Source: Fistulifera solaris (lineage: Eukaryota). Taken from it: DNA of 64,000 bases. The translations under genes were made by a program, and so were the position numbers. Where the stretch lies: assembly GCA_030295235.1 (NCBI GenBank), contig AP026132.1, positions 372,001 to 436,000 of the forward strand. The letters run 5' to 3'. The notes under the pieces were generated by a model. It was given only the letters and a program-made list of their open reading frames with translations, did not search any database and was not told the DNA's origin. Below are positions 12,237-24,537 of this stretch, one piece after another (the stretch's first letter is position 1; each line of letters opens with the position of its first letter).

Positions 12237-14879
12237 ATGGCTGTTTCTAAAGACGATCAACTCAAGGATTTACTCAGTTCGGATCGGTTTTCGGTCGCGG
12301 CTTACCTGAATCTCGCGTTAAATGACGAGGATGACCAGCAGCAACGCATGGCCGAATTAGCGTTGCAACTGCAAATGCAGACGCAGTCATGCCATGAAGA
12401 GATAGGCAAAATAGGAGCGGAGCTGCAGGCTATTCTTCCTCGATGCTCCGCTGATATAGGCAGAGTGGGAGTTGGTTTAGAAGGATTGCGGATCGACGCT
12501 GCTTCATTGTTAGAAAATACCGCAATAGATACATCCGAAGGCGTTTCGTCATCTCTCGAAACTTTAGGCATATTACATGCTCTCGAGGCAAATTTGCAGA
12601 GGAGCAAGGAAATTCTGACAGCAGCTGCTACGTGGGATACTACTTTGTCGTCCATTGCGCCACTATTAGCGCAGCAAAACATCTCGGAAGCTGTCAATGC
12701 GTTAGCGCAATTAGAGAATGGCGAGCGGGCCCTGCGTGGAATGCCGAATCCAGAAGAACGCGAAGAAGCGATTGCCAAAGTAAGACAGCAAGTTTCAACT
12801 ATGTTACAGCCCCAGTTGAAGCACGCCTTGGCAAACATGAACACTCGCTTGGCGCCTTTGCAACAATGTGTTACTCTTTACTCCAAACTGAATAAAATGG
12901 ATGCGCTGAAGGATGAATACATTAAAAACCGCCCTTCGGGTCTTCACAAGTCCTGGTTCGACTTTAAGATGGTGTACGATGAGCAAGACACCGATAAAGC
13001 AGCATCTGAGTTCATGGCTTGGCTTCCTGCGTGGTATGAGAATGTGCTATCATTAATGTCGGAGGAGAGGCGACAAAGCACGACCATTTTCGGGACCGCG
13101 ATGGTACCCGGGATTCTTGTGAAAGTACTTTGGGAATGCTTCCGTCCACTCTTAAGCTCATTTCAGAGTCGCTTAGAAAATATCTACTCTTCGGATCCAG
13201 CAAGGCCCAACAAAGGTTCCTTTGACTCAATTTGCACTCTGTACGAGTCGACACTACAGTTTCTCTCCCTTGTCTATGAGTCAGTAGCAAATTGCTGGAT
13301 AGACATTACGGAATCCGGAACGGTTCCTGAAGACGATGGTCTGAAACTTTATCGCGACCTTTCGCACATCTTCATTCAAGTTCTGGCGCCGTTTTCCGCT
13401 TACCAGAAGAATCTTCCAAACTTGGAAGCACATTATATGGCCGGACACACAGAACCTGTTGCAAAACAGATTCAACAAGCTGTGATGACCGTGTCTTCAT
13501 CGGACTTTGAATCGTTACAGCATGCGACATACAACTTGCAGAACATGGCCCATTTCATCTTTCCGCTGGCGGAAGGGTCGCTGGGACGATTTGAGTTGCT
13601 GAACGCAGGTTACGGACCGACGAAAGCATTGTCTACAATCGATCATGTACTTGGTAACCACGCGGACGAATTAAGTATGGCTGTAAAGTCACTCTCAGCT
13701 GCTATGGCCGCTGGCGAAAAGCAGCTAGTCTCATCGTTTGACGATTCCCATGTGTTGTGCACCCTGGGCGTTTTGAAAGTAGCGGGTACATTCCGAAGAA
13801 ATGTTAAGGTTTTGGAAAAGAAGACATTCGATCGCTTGCGACTACTGAGAGAGCGCATTGAAACGCATGGTTCACGCGAAAGGGGTATCGAAGATACAGC
13901 GGGATCTTCGTCCAGCAAAAAGGCTTTCACTTTGCCGGATTCGCTGTCTCTCGTGGAGATTGACTCAATTGTGACGAAAGCTGTGTGCGGCGAAAATGAA
14001 GGTTTAACGACTGCCGCGACTGCTTTACAGAGACTCATCGATGCGGAAGATAACGCAGGACGACTTTTCGTCGAAGCAGAAGAGGCAACTCAAAGATTGA
14101 TGAAAAGCTGTCAGCTCTTCATTCACGATGTGTGCTCCTCTATCCCGAGACAGTATATTGCTGAAATGTCGTCCATGTCGAGTTGGCGCGAAGGATCGGA
14201 AAGTGCCACCGATACTTCTTACGGCATTCTCCCGCAACCGTACATAAACCACATCGGAGAACATTTGCTGACTTTAGTGCAAGCTTTAGAGCCGTTCACA
14301 TCCGACAGAGAAGCACTATCACTGGCCAACGATGCAATGCTAGACGTGCGGGATATTGCTTTGGAGCCTTGGCGGGAGTTCGTTCTGGGAACCGGGTATT
14401 CGGTGGAATCGTCGACGTCATTCTGGTCTCCCGGTAGTAACGTAATCAGAGAAATTATGGAAGGAACCTGTTTCACAGGTCTGACACTGGGTGGTGCCCC
14501 TATTGACGACGATGCGGATGCAGGAACTGACGAACAGACTAGCGACGAAGCTGCCAAAACAGCATTTTGTGACTCCTGGCTTGACGTGGTAGGACTTTCA
14601 GTTACAGGCCGCTTATTGGATCGCATCGTGCACATCCCATCCTTGTCTTCGAAAGGTTGCGATCACCTCAGCGCAGACCTTAACTATTTGGTGAATGTTT
14701 TCTCGGCTCTCGGTATTGCAGGACACCCGCATCCTCTTTTGGGACATATCTCTGTCGTGGCCGCAATGGATGCCACTGAACTAAGTGAACAGATCCAGGC
14801 GAGAGATCGATCTGATGCAGTGGGAGGTTTCTTATATGTATTAGAGATGCATGTAGCTAAGCTGAGAGGAATACTTTAA
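12237..14879 (+). CDS. COG7: Conserved oligomeric Golgi complex subunit 7-like
   Basis: About 880 aa helical protein with N-terminal FSVAAYLNLAL, L..A..W motif, PQPYINHIGEHLLTLVQALEPF and C-terminal GCDHLSADLNYLVNVFSALG, matching remembered COG7 features. Confidence 0.8.
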   Translation: MAVSKDDQLKDLLSSDRFSVAAYLNLALNDEDDQQQRMAELALQLQMQTQSCHEEIGKIGAELQAILPRCSADIGRVGVGLEGLRIDAASLLENTAIDTSEGVSSSLETLGILHALEANLQRSKEILTAAATWDTTLSSIAPLLAQQNISEAVNALAQLENGERALRGMPNPEEREEAIAKVRQQVSTMLQPQLKHALANMNTRLAPLQQCVTLYSKLNKMDALKDEYIKNRPSGLHKSWFDFKMVYDEQDTDKAASEFMAWLPAWYENVLSLMSEERRQSTTIFGTAMVPGILVKVLWECFRPLLSSFQSRLENIYSSDPARPNKGSFDSICTLYESTLQFLSLVYESVANCWIDITESGTVPEDDGLKLYRDLSHIFIQVLAPFSAYQKNLPNLEAHYMAGHTEPVAKQIQQAVMTVSSSDFESLQHATYNLQNMAHFIFPLAEGSLGRFELLNAGYGPTKALSTIDHVLGNHADELSMAVKSLSAAMAAGEKQLVSSFDDSHVLCTLGVLKVAGTFRRNVKVLEKKTFDRLRLLRERIETHGSRERGIEDTAGSSSSKKAFTLPDSLSLVEIDSIVTKAVCGENEGLTTAATALQRLIDAEDNAGRLFVEAEEATQRLMKSCQLFIHDVCSSIPRQYIAEMSSMSSWREGSESATDTSYGILPQPYINHIGEHLLTLVQALEPFTSDREALSLANDAMLDVRDIALEPWREFVLGTGYSVESSTSFWSPGSNVIREIMEGTCFTGLTLGGAPIDDDADAGTDEQTSDEAAKTAFCDSWLDVVGLSVTGRLLDRIVHIPSLSSKGCDHLSADLNYLVNVFSALGIAGHPHPLLGHISVVAAMDATELSEQIQARDRSDAVGGFLYVLEMHVAKLRGIL

Positions 14880-14893
14880 ATCAAAAAGCTAAT

Positions 14894-15707
14894 TTACAAC
14901 ATGTGCTGTTTCCTCTTCTTGTTCTTCACAAACCTCTCAAGGAAAGCCTTGAAGCGATTAACATCGTCTTCTGTAAAATCGTGCTCAATTGCACGGCAGC
15001 ACGATTCGAAACTGCTTTTCACAGCGTGGTAAAATGTGTAACCCTCATCTTCACTGTCGCTCAAATCTGGAAAATCACAAATCGAATACGCCATATCGGG
15101 CTCGGGCTGCTTCGTGAGCCGACCTGGTTTAACGGTTTTCTCTGGCTCGAACTTGGTATGATACCGGTGCGTGACACATCCCATACCTAGCTGCACGTAA
15201 TAGCCTGCATCATCCCATTTGACTGTAAATCGATAATAGCAAAGTTGTTCTTTATCAGAAGGCTTTGTAGTATGTCGTTTTCGTTTCGGATTTTCTATGG
15301 TATTGTGCGTTCGGCTTCTTGAACACTGAAAAACAATATTCCCCGTTTTTCCGTTATTGCTTCCGTTGCAAATAATATCCTGACCACTCTGAAATGCAGC
15401 CGTTTGCAAATCTCTCCGCAAAAGCTCAAAGATGGATTGATTGTGACCCGAAAGCTTTTTTGTCAGCATGGCCGATCGGGGGCGGGTATACCTTGGGGTC
15501 AAAGTAAAGCCTACATGAACGAGTGTATATGATACTCCCAATAAATGAGTTGATATCCTGCACCACGTAGAACTCTGGATATAGTGGATGATCGTCGCTT
15601 ACTCTTATTTGACAACAAAAAGGCAATGGGGCCGTCCAGCAAGAATCATCTCCGGACGCAGCTTGAATAGAAGATTCCGCTCCGTTCTCGTCTATTGTTG
15701 TGTTCAT
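14894..15707 (-). CDS. Hypothetical protein with WRKY/GCM/FAR1-like C-C-H-H Zn-finger; possibly derived from a Mutator-like transposase N-terminus
   Basis: Two ORFs joined by a frameshift at the T-run near 15456 give YFDPKVYPP...LRRDLQTAAFQSG...FQC...T...CYYRFTVKWD...G...HRYH. No DDE catalytic region is visible. Confidence 0.45.
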
Positions 15708-16181
15708 CTTATTGCGTTCCTCTGGGTGATTATGGTTGGTGTCACAATAACAATAAGAAAAGAGGTCCACAAAAAATCGAGGCGTAACGAAAAGGGGACG
15801 TGCGCTTTTATGGCAGTCATTTTTCAGTCCCACCTTTTTCATTTCATTCCCGTTCTGACGTCTGATCGTCGAACGTCGTCATCTCGTCGTCCATTGTTCC
15901 AACTATCCTTCACCTTAATGGGCGTAACATCTTTCACGTGGAAGCGACGACGACCATGACAACAAGAAATGATATTCATTTGCAACAAGCGGCATTTTAT
16001 CATTGTAAGAGAATTATGAAATATTAAACTCTTCGGGTAGAGTATCAGTGGAAGCAGCAAAGGCCAAAGGTCGACCAAAGCAGAGGATGTTGACGTTAAA
16101 AGAGCAACTCGGTCGATCTCCAGTGAGAAACTTTCTACTCAAGATCTTTGTGCAATTTGGACTAGTTCTTTTTGGTTAATA

Positions 16182-18662
16182 GTGGCAAATTCTGATTCAA
16201 GACTATACGCAGAAGCAAACGGAGATCAATCCGTTACATCTTCGTTGCCCACGCGGGTTACTGGCTTTGGAAGTCGCCGCTATTCGGAGATTTCATCGAC
16301 TCATGCTGCCGAGAAGGAAACCATAAGCAAGCTTCTGTCACTTCGCACCAACAGCGATGATAAAGAAAGCATACTTATGCACAGCAAACTACGCAACGCT
16401 ACACTAAAAATCTTGCCAGATGGATCGGTAATACATGACGACTCGTCGTACACTGCTCCTACCACGAACACACATGAAAAATGGTCGAAAATCATAGGTT
16501 TATTTGGTGTTTACAGAGTTCCTTCAGGTCATATCTGGGTATGGATCTCTGACGCAGACCGTATTTATGAAGCCCCTTATATATTAAATCAAACCAGTAA
16601 CGACGATGCTGATCGGCAATTTGTGCCGTGGTGGAGTCTCTACAGAGTGACACATCTTCATTTGACCCATTTGCCATTTTCGAATTATAGCACAGCCCAT
16701 GCTTCAACGAGGCACTATCGAGCTCAAGAGCGCGAAGAGAGGCGTCAACTAGCACTCCTGCGACAGGCACTCAAGGATCACGATTGGTATTTTTCTGAGG
16801 GACCGGAGGCTGGAGACCTTACGCGACGACTACAAGACTGTTTGAGTTCACAAAAGAACAAATCGACGGCGAAGACATAACAAAGCAACTGCCTGACGAA
16901 AGATTCTTTTGGAATCAAGCTGTTGTGGATCCTATTGTGGAAAAATATCGAGAAGAAAATGCCGGAATCAGCGACAACAATGTCTACCGGATTCTTCTTG
17001 AACACGTCATACCAACAACATCCGCTTTCTGCGGAACTCAAACGAATGTGTCGGTTGCGTCCGACGGTTCTTCCTGTGTTTATGACCAGGTCCTTGTCAC
17101 AAGAAGGAGCCGTTTTAGGGCAGGGGCCCGCTTCACCCGAAGAGGAGCTGATGCAACTGGTGCCGTTGCTAACTTCGCAGAAACTGAGCAAATTTTATTT
17201 TTTTGGAACCATTCGAAGGGGAATGTGCGTGTCCTGGACAATGTATGCAGTCACGTTCAGACTCGGGGAAGTATCCCGCTTCGCTGGAGTAGTCCGACGG
17301 ATATTAAAACTTACAGACCTAGGGTACGGATTGGGACGAATCCTCTTGCCCATGCCCGAGCTCTCAGACAACATCTCGTCGACCAAGCGCGATATTACGC
17401 AGCCTTGTGGTCAGCAGGAAAATCAGTGAGCCCCAGTCTTCTACTCGTCAACCTTGTAGATAAAAAGAGCGATCAAGGTCGCCTAGGTCGAGCTTTCGAT
17501 GCTGTTCTCAAAGCGGTTTTAGATGTTTACGCGGAACAGCCAGACCAGAAGATACCATGGTTAGCACCTGGAAATATCGAGCATCTTTGGTTTGACTTTC
17601 ATGCAGAAGTCAAGGCCGGTGGGTGGGAAAAACTTTCGTCACTTCTTGATACAGTAGTACCAGTTCTAGATCAACACGGATATTTTGAGGCCGTCCCATT
17701 GTACGAAATACCAACGAACAACCAAACACGCTCTTCATTCAAGATTAAACGCGTTCAAGCGGGGGTTGTTCGCACAAATTGCATGGACTGTCTTGATCGC
17801 ACGAACGTTGTACAGAGTCAATTTGCTCGTCACGTCTTGTTCTCCCAAGTCGCCGGGGCTTCAATAATTCCGGTATCTTACAAAGCTGCATTCCGGAAAA
17901 AAGCGTCGGCTCTACCATGGTTGACGGGAGAGGTTGCTCACCGCCTTTTATGGGCGGACAACGCAGATGCAATATCTCGATTATACGCCGGTACACCTGC
18001 TTTAAAGGGTGACTTCACTCGAACGGGGAAACGCACTAAAAAGGAGCTCTCGAAGACGGCATGAACTCTCTTCAGCGCTATTATCTCAATAATTTTCTTG
18101 ATGCAGATAGACAAGAAGGGATAGATTTATTGACAGGTCATCACCCATTCAACAAACTAGCAAGTCTTTTAGACGATTTTTGCGAGACCCGTTCCATCGA
18201 AACGATAGAACCGATGATAACCGGCTTTGCACAGAGCGCCAAGAGCAAGCGTCAAGCGGGATCACCCAGAACCAAAAGCAAGCAACGCTCATTTGCGAAG
18301 AAAACACCGCTGACAGACCTTCCGTTTAAATGGCTTCCGGGCGACCTGCAATCACAAGTTTGGAGCAAACAACCGCAGAGTCGACAGTCATCGTCCATTA
18401 CAACTTCGAGCACTTTTGCTTTTGAAGGGGTTCATCGAAGAGCAGCGGAACTGCTGCCATGGTGGTGTGGCGACGCAGAAAAGAGGCGTCGTGGATCAGC
18501 GAGTCTGGCAATTCCGCTTTGACTGAAGCCGAAATTTCAGCGTTGAATAACGCTGGCTACCTAATGGGAGCGTTGGCGCTTGGTTTGCATAGGCCACAAT
18601 TACTCGCCGTCTTAGCCGCACTCTTAGTAGAGCTAACAGATATTTCTGGAAGACACTTTTAA
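16182..18662 (+). CDS. SAC-domain phosphoinositide phosphatase (Sac1-like)
   Basis: RRSRFRAGARFTRRGAD, ANFAETEQ, QTRGSIPLRW, catalytic RTNCMDCLDRTNVVQ, WADNADAISRLYAGT and RYYLNNFLD. C-terminal hydrophobic segment. Several frameshifts; start uncertain. Confidence 0.9.
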
Positions 18663-19756
18663 TACCCCATCAGCATTTTTTATTGATCACCCAGCCGAAA
18701 GAACTTTCTCGTAAACTATTTGTCCGAAAGTTACCAGGTTGATGTGGTGCATGCGGCCAGGTGTGTGGTGATGGGTGAAATTTTGTCAAATATCGGTTCG
18801 TGAACGCAATTGCTCTTGCGTGAGCGCTTCTGCCGTCGGCTTGTTCACGGTTAGGTTAGATCACGAAGTTATGTCGTAACAAAGAGGTCCTACGTAGACA
18901 GAACCGCGCCCTGTGTTAAGAAAGTTGAAAAAATAAAGCGATAAAATGCGTCTCATATCCACATAAATAATAAGGGAACTGTTCCAGTTAAGAAAAAGGG
19001 TTAACCCAGCATTTTGACTGATTAGAGCCAATCCTTGATTTGAGCACCCAAGTGACCTTTAATAGATATTCTTTATTCCAAAAAAGGTACACAAGTAAGT
19101 TATAAAGTTTCTCCCTTCAACCGGATAAGCCTACTATCATAAATGAATTACCGAGTTCAAATGAATGAGCGAGTTCAACTTTGATTAATGTCGGCAAAAC
19201 ATCCATTGAATAAGATTGACAATTTAGCGCATGTGGTTGAAGAATTTCAAAAAAAACTATTTTGGTCTAACGCGTGATAATAGATTATTGGAATTTAGAC
19301 CACGTTTTATAATATGTCTCCTAGCAAGGATGATAGACCATGCCATGTTCCACGTAAAATCAAACTTTCCCCATTTAAGTGATTTACGTCTCTACCTGCA
19401 TTTAGCGAAACTTAACGAAACATGCCTCACTCATGGTGGTGGTGGTTAACGGGTTTCAGTAGGCTTGAAGCTCCACAGATCCTTGGAAGGTAACCGAAGT
19501 CCCGATACCCAGGCAGAGACCACTCCTTATACCTGCTTCCTCTTTTCCTAAGAAATCTTTTGTTTTTCTATACAATTAGTTATTAAGTACTGCTTTGTCA
19601 CCAAGGTCGTTGCAGGTAAGCTAAGAACCACCGCCCGCCATAGAATTCGCCAGATACCGGAGTGTGTGTGTTCGCGACACTTTTAGGTACTGATAATTGC
19701 GCACTGTGCGAGGTTACGGAGAAGAAAGATATCCGAAGCGCTGAATCCGAAGCCAA

Positions 19757-19810
19757 GTTCGAATAATAGAATCGAACCCAAGCACTCTGGCCGAAGGCCG
19801 AGAGTGCTAG
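19757..19810 (+). repeat. Tandem hairpins ending in CTAG
   Basis: GTTCGA-N9-TCGAAC (19757-19777) is followed by AGCACTCTGGCC-GAA-GGCC(G)AGAGTGCT (19781-19808), whose 3' arm runs into CTAG. Confidence 0.6.
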
Positions 19811-20296
19811 CCAACTGTCTTCAACCAGAAGGCTTCATGCCTCTTTCGTTTCAATGCTTCCTAAAAATATTGCCAAAAGGGACCGCAATTGAATTGTAAC
19901 GAGCTACCTATATGCAAATGGAAACGCTCGAGAAATTCACATGTAGATTGAAACCTTAATTTAGATTGAATTTTTTCGTTCTTACCCTGAACTGTCATGA
20001 TCGCATGTATGTAGACAGTATAATAAATGAAAGGCCTCGCGATCCAGCTGCGAGCATATCCTGTACCGAATGGAAGAAAAGGTAAAGCTGACATCAGCTG
20101 TAAAGTTGTGATGAGTGATAATTTTGTCTGGACTCCGTAAGAGAGAAGTGTCAAAATAAGTGATAAATCGCGATAGGAAAAAACTTCGCTTTGCGTGTAC
20201 GCTGGCAACGACGAAACATCAATACAATGGAATCGTTGTAATTTCGTTTTCTGATGTTTGCATTCGATTTGTGATAAATACTAAGTGCAGTATAGT

Positions 20297-21000
20297 TATA
20301 TTTCCAAGAACGAGGTTATCTTTAGAATTGCATCGTTCAAGCAGAAATAGGACAAAGTAAATGTTTGCCTGGAAAAACCTTTCATGAACTTGTATAATCC
20401 GTACGTCCATCATCGTTTGGGGCAAATCCAGTTTAAAGCAAAGATTCAATATCAATCCGTAACCCCATCATCATCTTGCCTTGATAAATTTAATTTAACT
20501 TCAAAGTATTGTTCCGCTTGGACCAAGCGCGACGACCAGGCAAAGACTGAGAGAGCCAAGCGCTGGGCAAAGTGAGTTGCAATAGCGTGCTTAATATAAC
20601 CAGAACCCTTTGGTCGTGTTGTAATGACATCTTTCATGGCATTGACGCCACGGCTGAATTGGACCGGCTCTTGTTGCGGTATTTTTGGAAAGAAGTTATA
20701 TTATGGGTGATTTCATTTTCGTTGAGGTTCCCGTATCGTTTTATCTCTTTGTTTTATGTTTTTAATGTTTTCATCATATTCAACATACGCTTGTTTTTAT
20801 TGCGTTGGCTGGTACAGCCTTCGTTTGATACAGTCAATGATAAATAGCAAGATTTGCGCACCTATAGCTATTCTTGGTTTCTGGGTTATCAAATATTGCA
20901 TCATTGATCGTTCTATCTCGTCCACAGAAAAAGAGCTTGGCAATATCTTTTGGGATGCCGAAATGATTTTTCCAGTTAACAGCCACTTTTTGAATAATAT
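20297..21000 (-). pseudogene. Decayed long reading frame of unknown origin
   Basis: One minus frame of about 235 codons (FKKWLLTGKIIS...YVEYDENIKNIK...NAMKDVITTRPKGSGY...) has only about 7 stops, fewer than expected for such AT-rich DNA. No family recognised. Confidence 0.3.
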
Positions 21001-22450
21001 TCAAGCGTTGAATCATACCAAGAAACTTAGAAAATCTGAGTTTGTTGCCTAAGACGTGTTAATTGAATGCATAATGACTCTTTCGTAAATTTAGGTAAAT
21101 ATTTGTGAAAGCATTTTTATCTTCGTTCCAATCTTTCTGTTACACAACAAGATTACAAATTTGGCGCATGGTTACGCATTTCATATCCGGAATGCGTCCT
21201 ATTGAAATTTGATTAGCAACGTTACACTGTTTTATTTCGATTAACTCTTTTCAAGAGGGGTTACATTCTCAGCTATTGTGCTTGCTTGAGAATTTAATGC
21301 TTCTTGATGTACAAAATTTGTAGAAGAGATACAATCTGTCAGCACTTCAAACCCATTACCGCGGAACAATCTTTCTCTATAGGACTTACGTTTTCACCGT
21401 GTTTCTTACTACTGCGATAGTTTCCCCTCAACATTCTTATCGTATCAGTCAATTCTGATCTGGAGAAATATAGACATGAAATTGAGCTTTCAGGAAATAT
21501 ATCCCCAGACGAAATTTCTAGCGCCGTTGACATTAACTTCATCCATTCTCAACTACTTACTTCCTGTTTGGCTTTGGCCTTTGTCTTTCCAACAAGCTGA
21601 TCTGTGGCGTGTGTAGCCATAGGTAAGATCGTAATATAGAATCTATACACTCGTTGACAGTGCTGTCCCCCAAGCCGACAAGCGCACGGCGCACGCAGCA
21701 CGATGATTTTTTTCGGGTGGTGCGTGGTGCAGGATTGTGGTTGGATTATCATCCTGCTTTTGCGTTCTCCTGTTCCATTTTCCACCGCACTACTTCTGGA
21801 AGAATTATTGCTGACCACTCTAATTTTGCGTTCTCTAGATTCTGTAGCATTCTAGACTAGCCGTTCTAGCTCTGTTAACCAATGGGACAGCAAGCTATTT
21901 CAGCATCGAGACAACTAGCAAGGAAACTTCAGCGGAAGTGGAACAAGCCATACTGAGAGATTTGCGGGTTCATCAGAGCGCGCATGAGTCAGTCTTTCTC
22001 TGGTCCGGTCGGTTAGCGTGCTTCTTCGGAATCCAAGAGAAGGAATGCCAAGACGATTTCCCCCTCAGTGGGAAACGGGCTCTGGACTTGCCCTCTACTA
22101 GCAATACTAGGGCTCTCGACTCTCGAGTCCTAGAACTTACTCGGCCAAGTGCCAGATCGGAATCGGAATATTTGTGACAAAAGAGAAAAAACCAGTGGAA
22201 AATTCAGTCGAATGTCGAAATTTCGTTCGGACTTTAGGAAATTAGGAATAAATATTTAGGATTATTTAGGGTATTATTGTATCCTTTACCCTAATGATTA
22301 CCTTGTTCCTGGCTCATAGCGCGATATTTTGCCGGCTAAAATTATTGACCATGGACCATGGCACAGCTGTATAACTAGTTTTCAATCCCTCCCAGCGAAC
22401 AAAGTTTAGAACAAAGCACTGCAGCTTTGAATCTTGCTTCGTGTGGCATT

Positions 22451-24438
22451 ATGGAAGCATCGAAGGTGCCTCAAGCAGCATCTACGATGGATACAAATGA
22501 AATTGGAAATCATGACGAGCTTGTGTTTTCGGCTCCCCCTTCTCACATATCGCAGGACGGGCACTTTATTTTTCTCCCGCAACCAACGCTGAAGAATAGG
22601 ATACAATTCTTCGAGCGGTCCATTGCACGCTACGGATTATTAAAAGGATATCTGAACGACGCGGGAGAGGCGCAAGAGGAGAAGCCCGACGAACAAAAGA
22701 GAGTAGACCCCCTTTCCGCAGCTTCCGCAAGTTTGCAATCAAATGGAGTTAGCGAATTAAACCGAGCAATCAATTTAAACACACTTGTGTCAAGTGATGA
22801 GTACTTTAGCCTCTCGAATGTTGTAGATCCTTCTTTGGATCAAACAGCCGCCGGAGACAGCACGATAACTAGCAGCGCTAGACCTGAAGCCAAAAGACCG
22901 GCCGAAGTCGCTCCTCAGCTCGAAGCATCTCAGCGGTTTAAAACAGCTTTAGTATGGAAAAACAAAATGCAGCAGTTTCACGATTCATCAAAGACATTTA
23001 AGCGTCACAAGAGGCAATTGATAGATGCAATTGTTGCGCAACAGCAACCAGATCGGAGGTTGCGGCAACTTCGGTCGCAATGGCGCTTGGTCGCCCCAGA
23101 GCATGGAAGTAGAGCTCTACCACACGCGACCCGTGCAACGGAAGTATTGGCAGCCGATGTCGATGTTCACGGAACTACTTCTGCCGCACTGGGTCGTCTC
23201 ACAAAGAGAATTCCACGCTTCGCTACTGTCGAATTACACGAGAGCTTTCCTCTTGTAGAACATGTTCATCGATGGGCAAAAGCTGCGAAATTCGATTTAG
23301 AACAAGATGGTATTAAAGAAGAAACGATGGATGAATCGGGGGAAACATCAATTGATCCGAAAATTTCATCAGATGAATTTCAGTGGACGCGGGCTGAAGC
23401 GTTCGCCATTGCCGACCCCACACTTGGAAAGCTAGACGCGGACTTCGATCCCAAAAAGGTTGCTTTGTTGACAGTTCGAGTAGAAATCGAGAAAGCATCT
23501 ACTGGCTTTTGCCAAAGCGCGCACATAAAGCCAATGCGCACGATGTCCATGCTGAAGACAGGGACCCAGTCCAGTCAGGACGAGAACGTCTTGATTGATC
23601 TTCAACACTCTTTATTTTGCGCGAAACTTTTTGAATCGATTCGCCGGGAAGTGCTACCTGATACGATCGAGCTCGGACAGACGCAACCTTTCTCCCAGCA
23701 GAATAGTGTGTGGTTATCGTGCGAAGCTGACGAGCTTTTTCTTACTCCCCCCTTCGATAATGAGTGGCGCGGACGGAAGTAAATACGATCGCCTCAGTGT
23801 TGTTCATTGTCACGAAGGTGAAGTAAAAGTGCAACTAGACAGCGAATACACATTATGTGTAAAGCTGGTAGAGGCGCGAGACAGCAACATAATTCCACTT
23901 AGTTCGATTCCTTCCGCCGATAGCGGCAGTCAAACCGCAGATCAGCTCCAATTGTTATGCCGCACCCTTTTACATCATGCCCAAGAGGCATATCACCTCC
24001 ACTCTGTTCGCAGTGCCGCAAGAAGACGAAAAGAGGAGCATGAGGAGAAAATGAATGGAGACCAAATGCTCCGGAAGAAGAATATCATGGAAGAATTGCC
24101 AAATATCCTTCAAAGTACTGTGGCTTTAGGAGGAAAAGTTTTATTTGAGCATCGTATCAGAAAGACCTTGGTGAATGTGCACCAACACATCAAAAAAGAA
24201 AAATGGCTCTGGGTTAGAAATTGAATGGCTTCCACTGTCCCTATTTGATTTGACAGCGCATTTTGTGGTAGCCTTTGGAGATTTGGTGTTCGATGCAAAT
24301 ATCGCCGGAAATGAGCTTACGGTGACGCAAGTAACTGACGAGTATTATCACATAACAAGATTCTATTCCGACACAGAATTTGAACTCTTTCTTCTAAAGG
24401 TGACAGCTAGGCATAACGAGGAGCTCTCAAGCAATTAA
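22451..24438 (+). CDS. Mediator subunit 17-like protein
   Basis: SELNRAINL, WKNKMQQF...KRQL, LRQLRSQWRL and LIDLQHSLFCAKLFESIRREV resemble MED17 blocks. Frameshifts near 23740 and 24200. Confidence 0.5.
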
Positions 24439-24537
24439 CTGGCTCTGAGGATTACTAACAAATGATTCTCCACATCTCTGCCTAGAATGAGTCTCTCAAA
24501 ACTTATAGATAGGTCTAGGTCTTTCAATCTGTTTGGA

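Larger units (their letters stand above)
18940..21560. other. Low-GC gene-free island (candidate centromere or decayed element)
   Basis: Hand-counted 60-nt lines give about 23-35% GC, clearly lower than the flanking coding DNA. No credible intact ORF. Confidence 0.5.
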
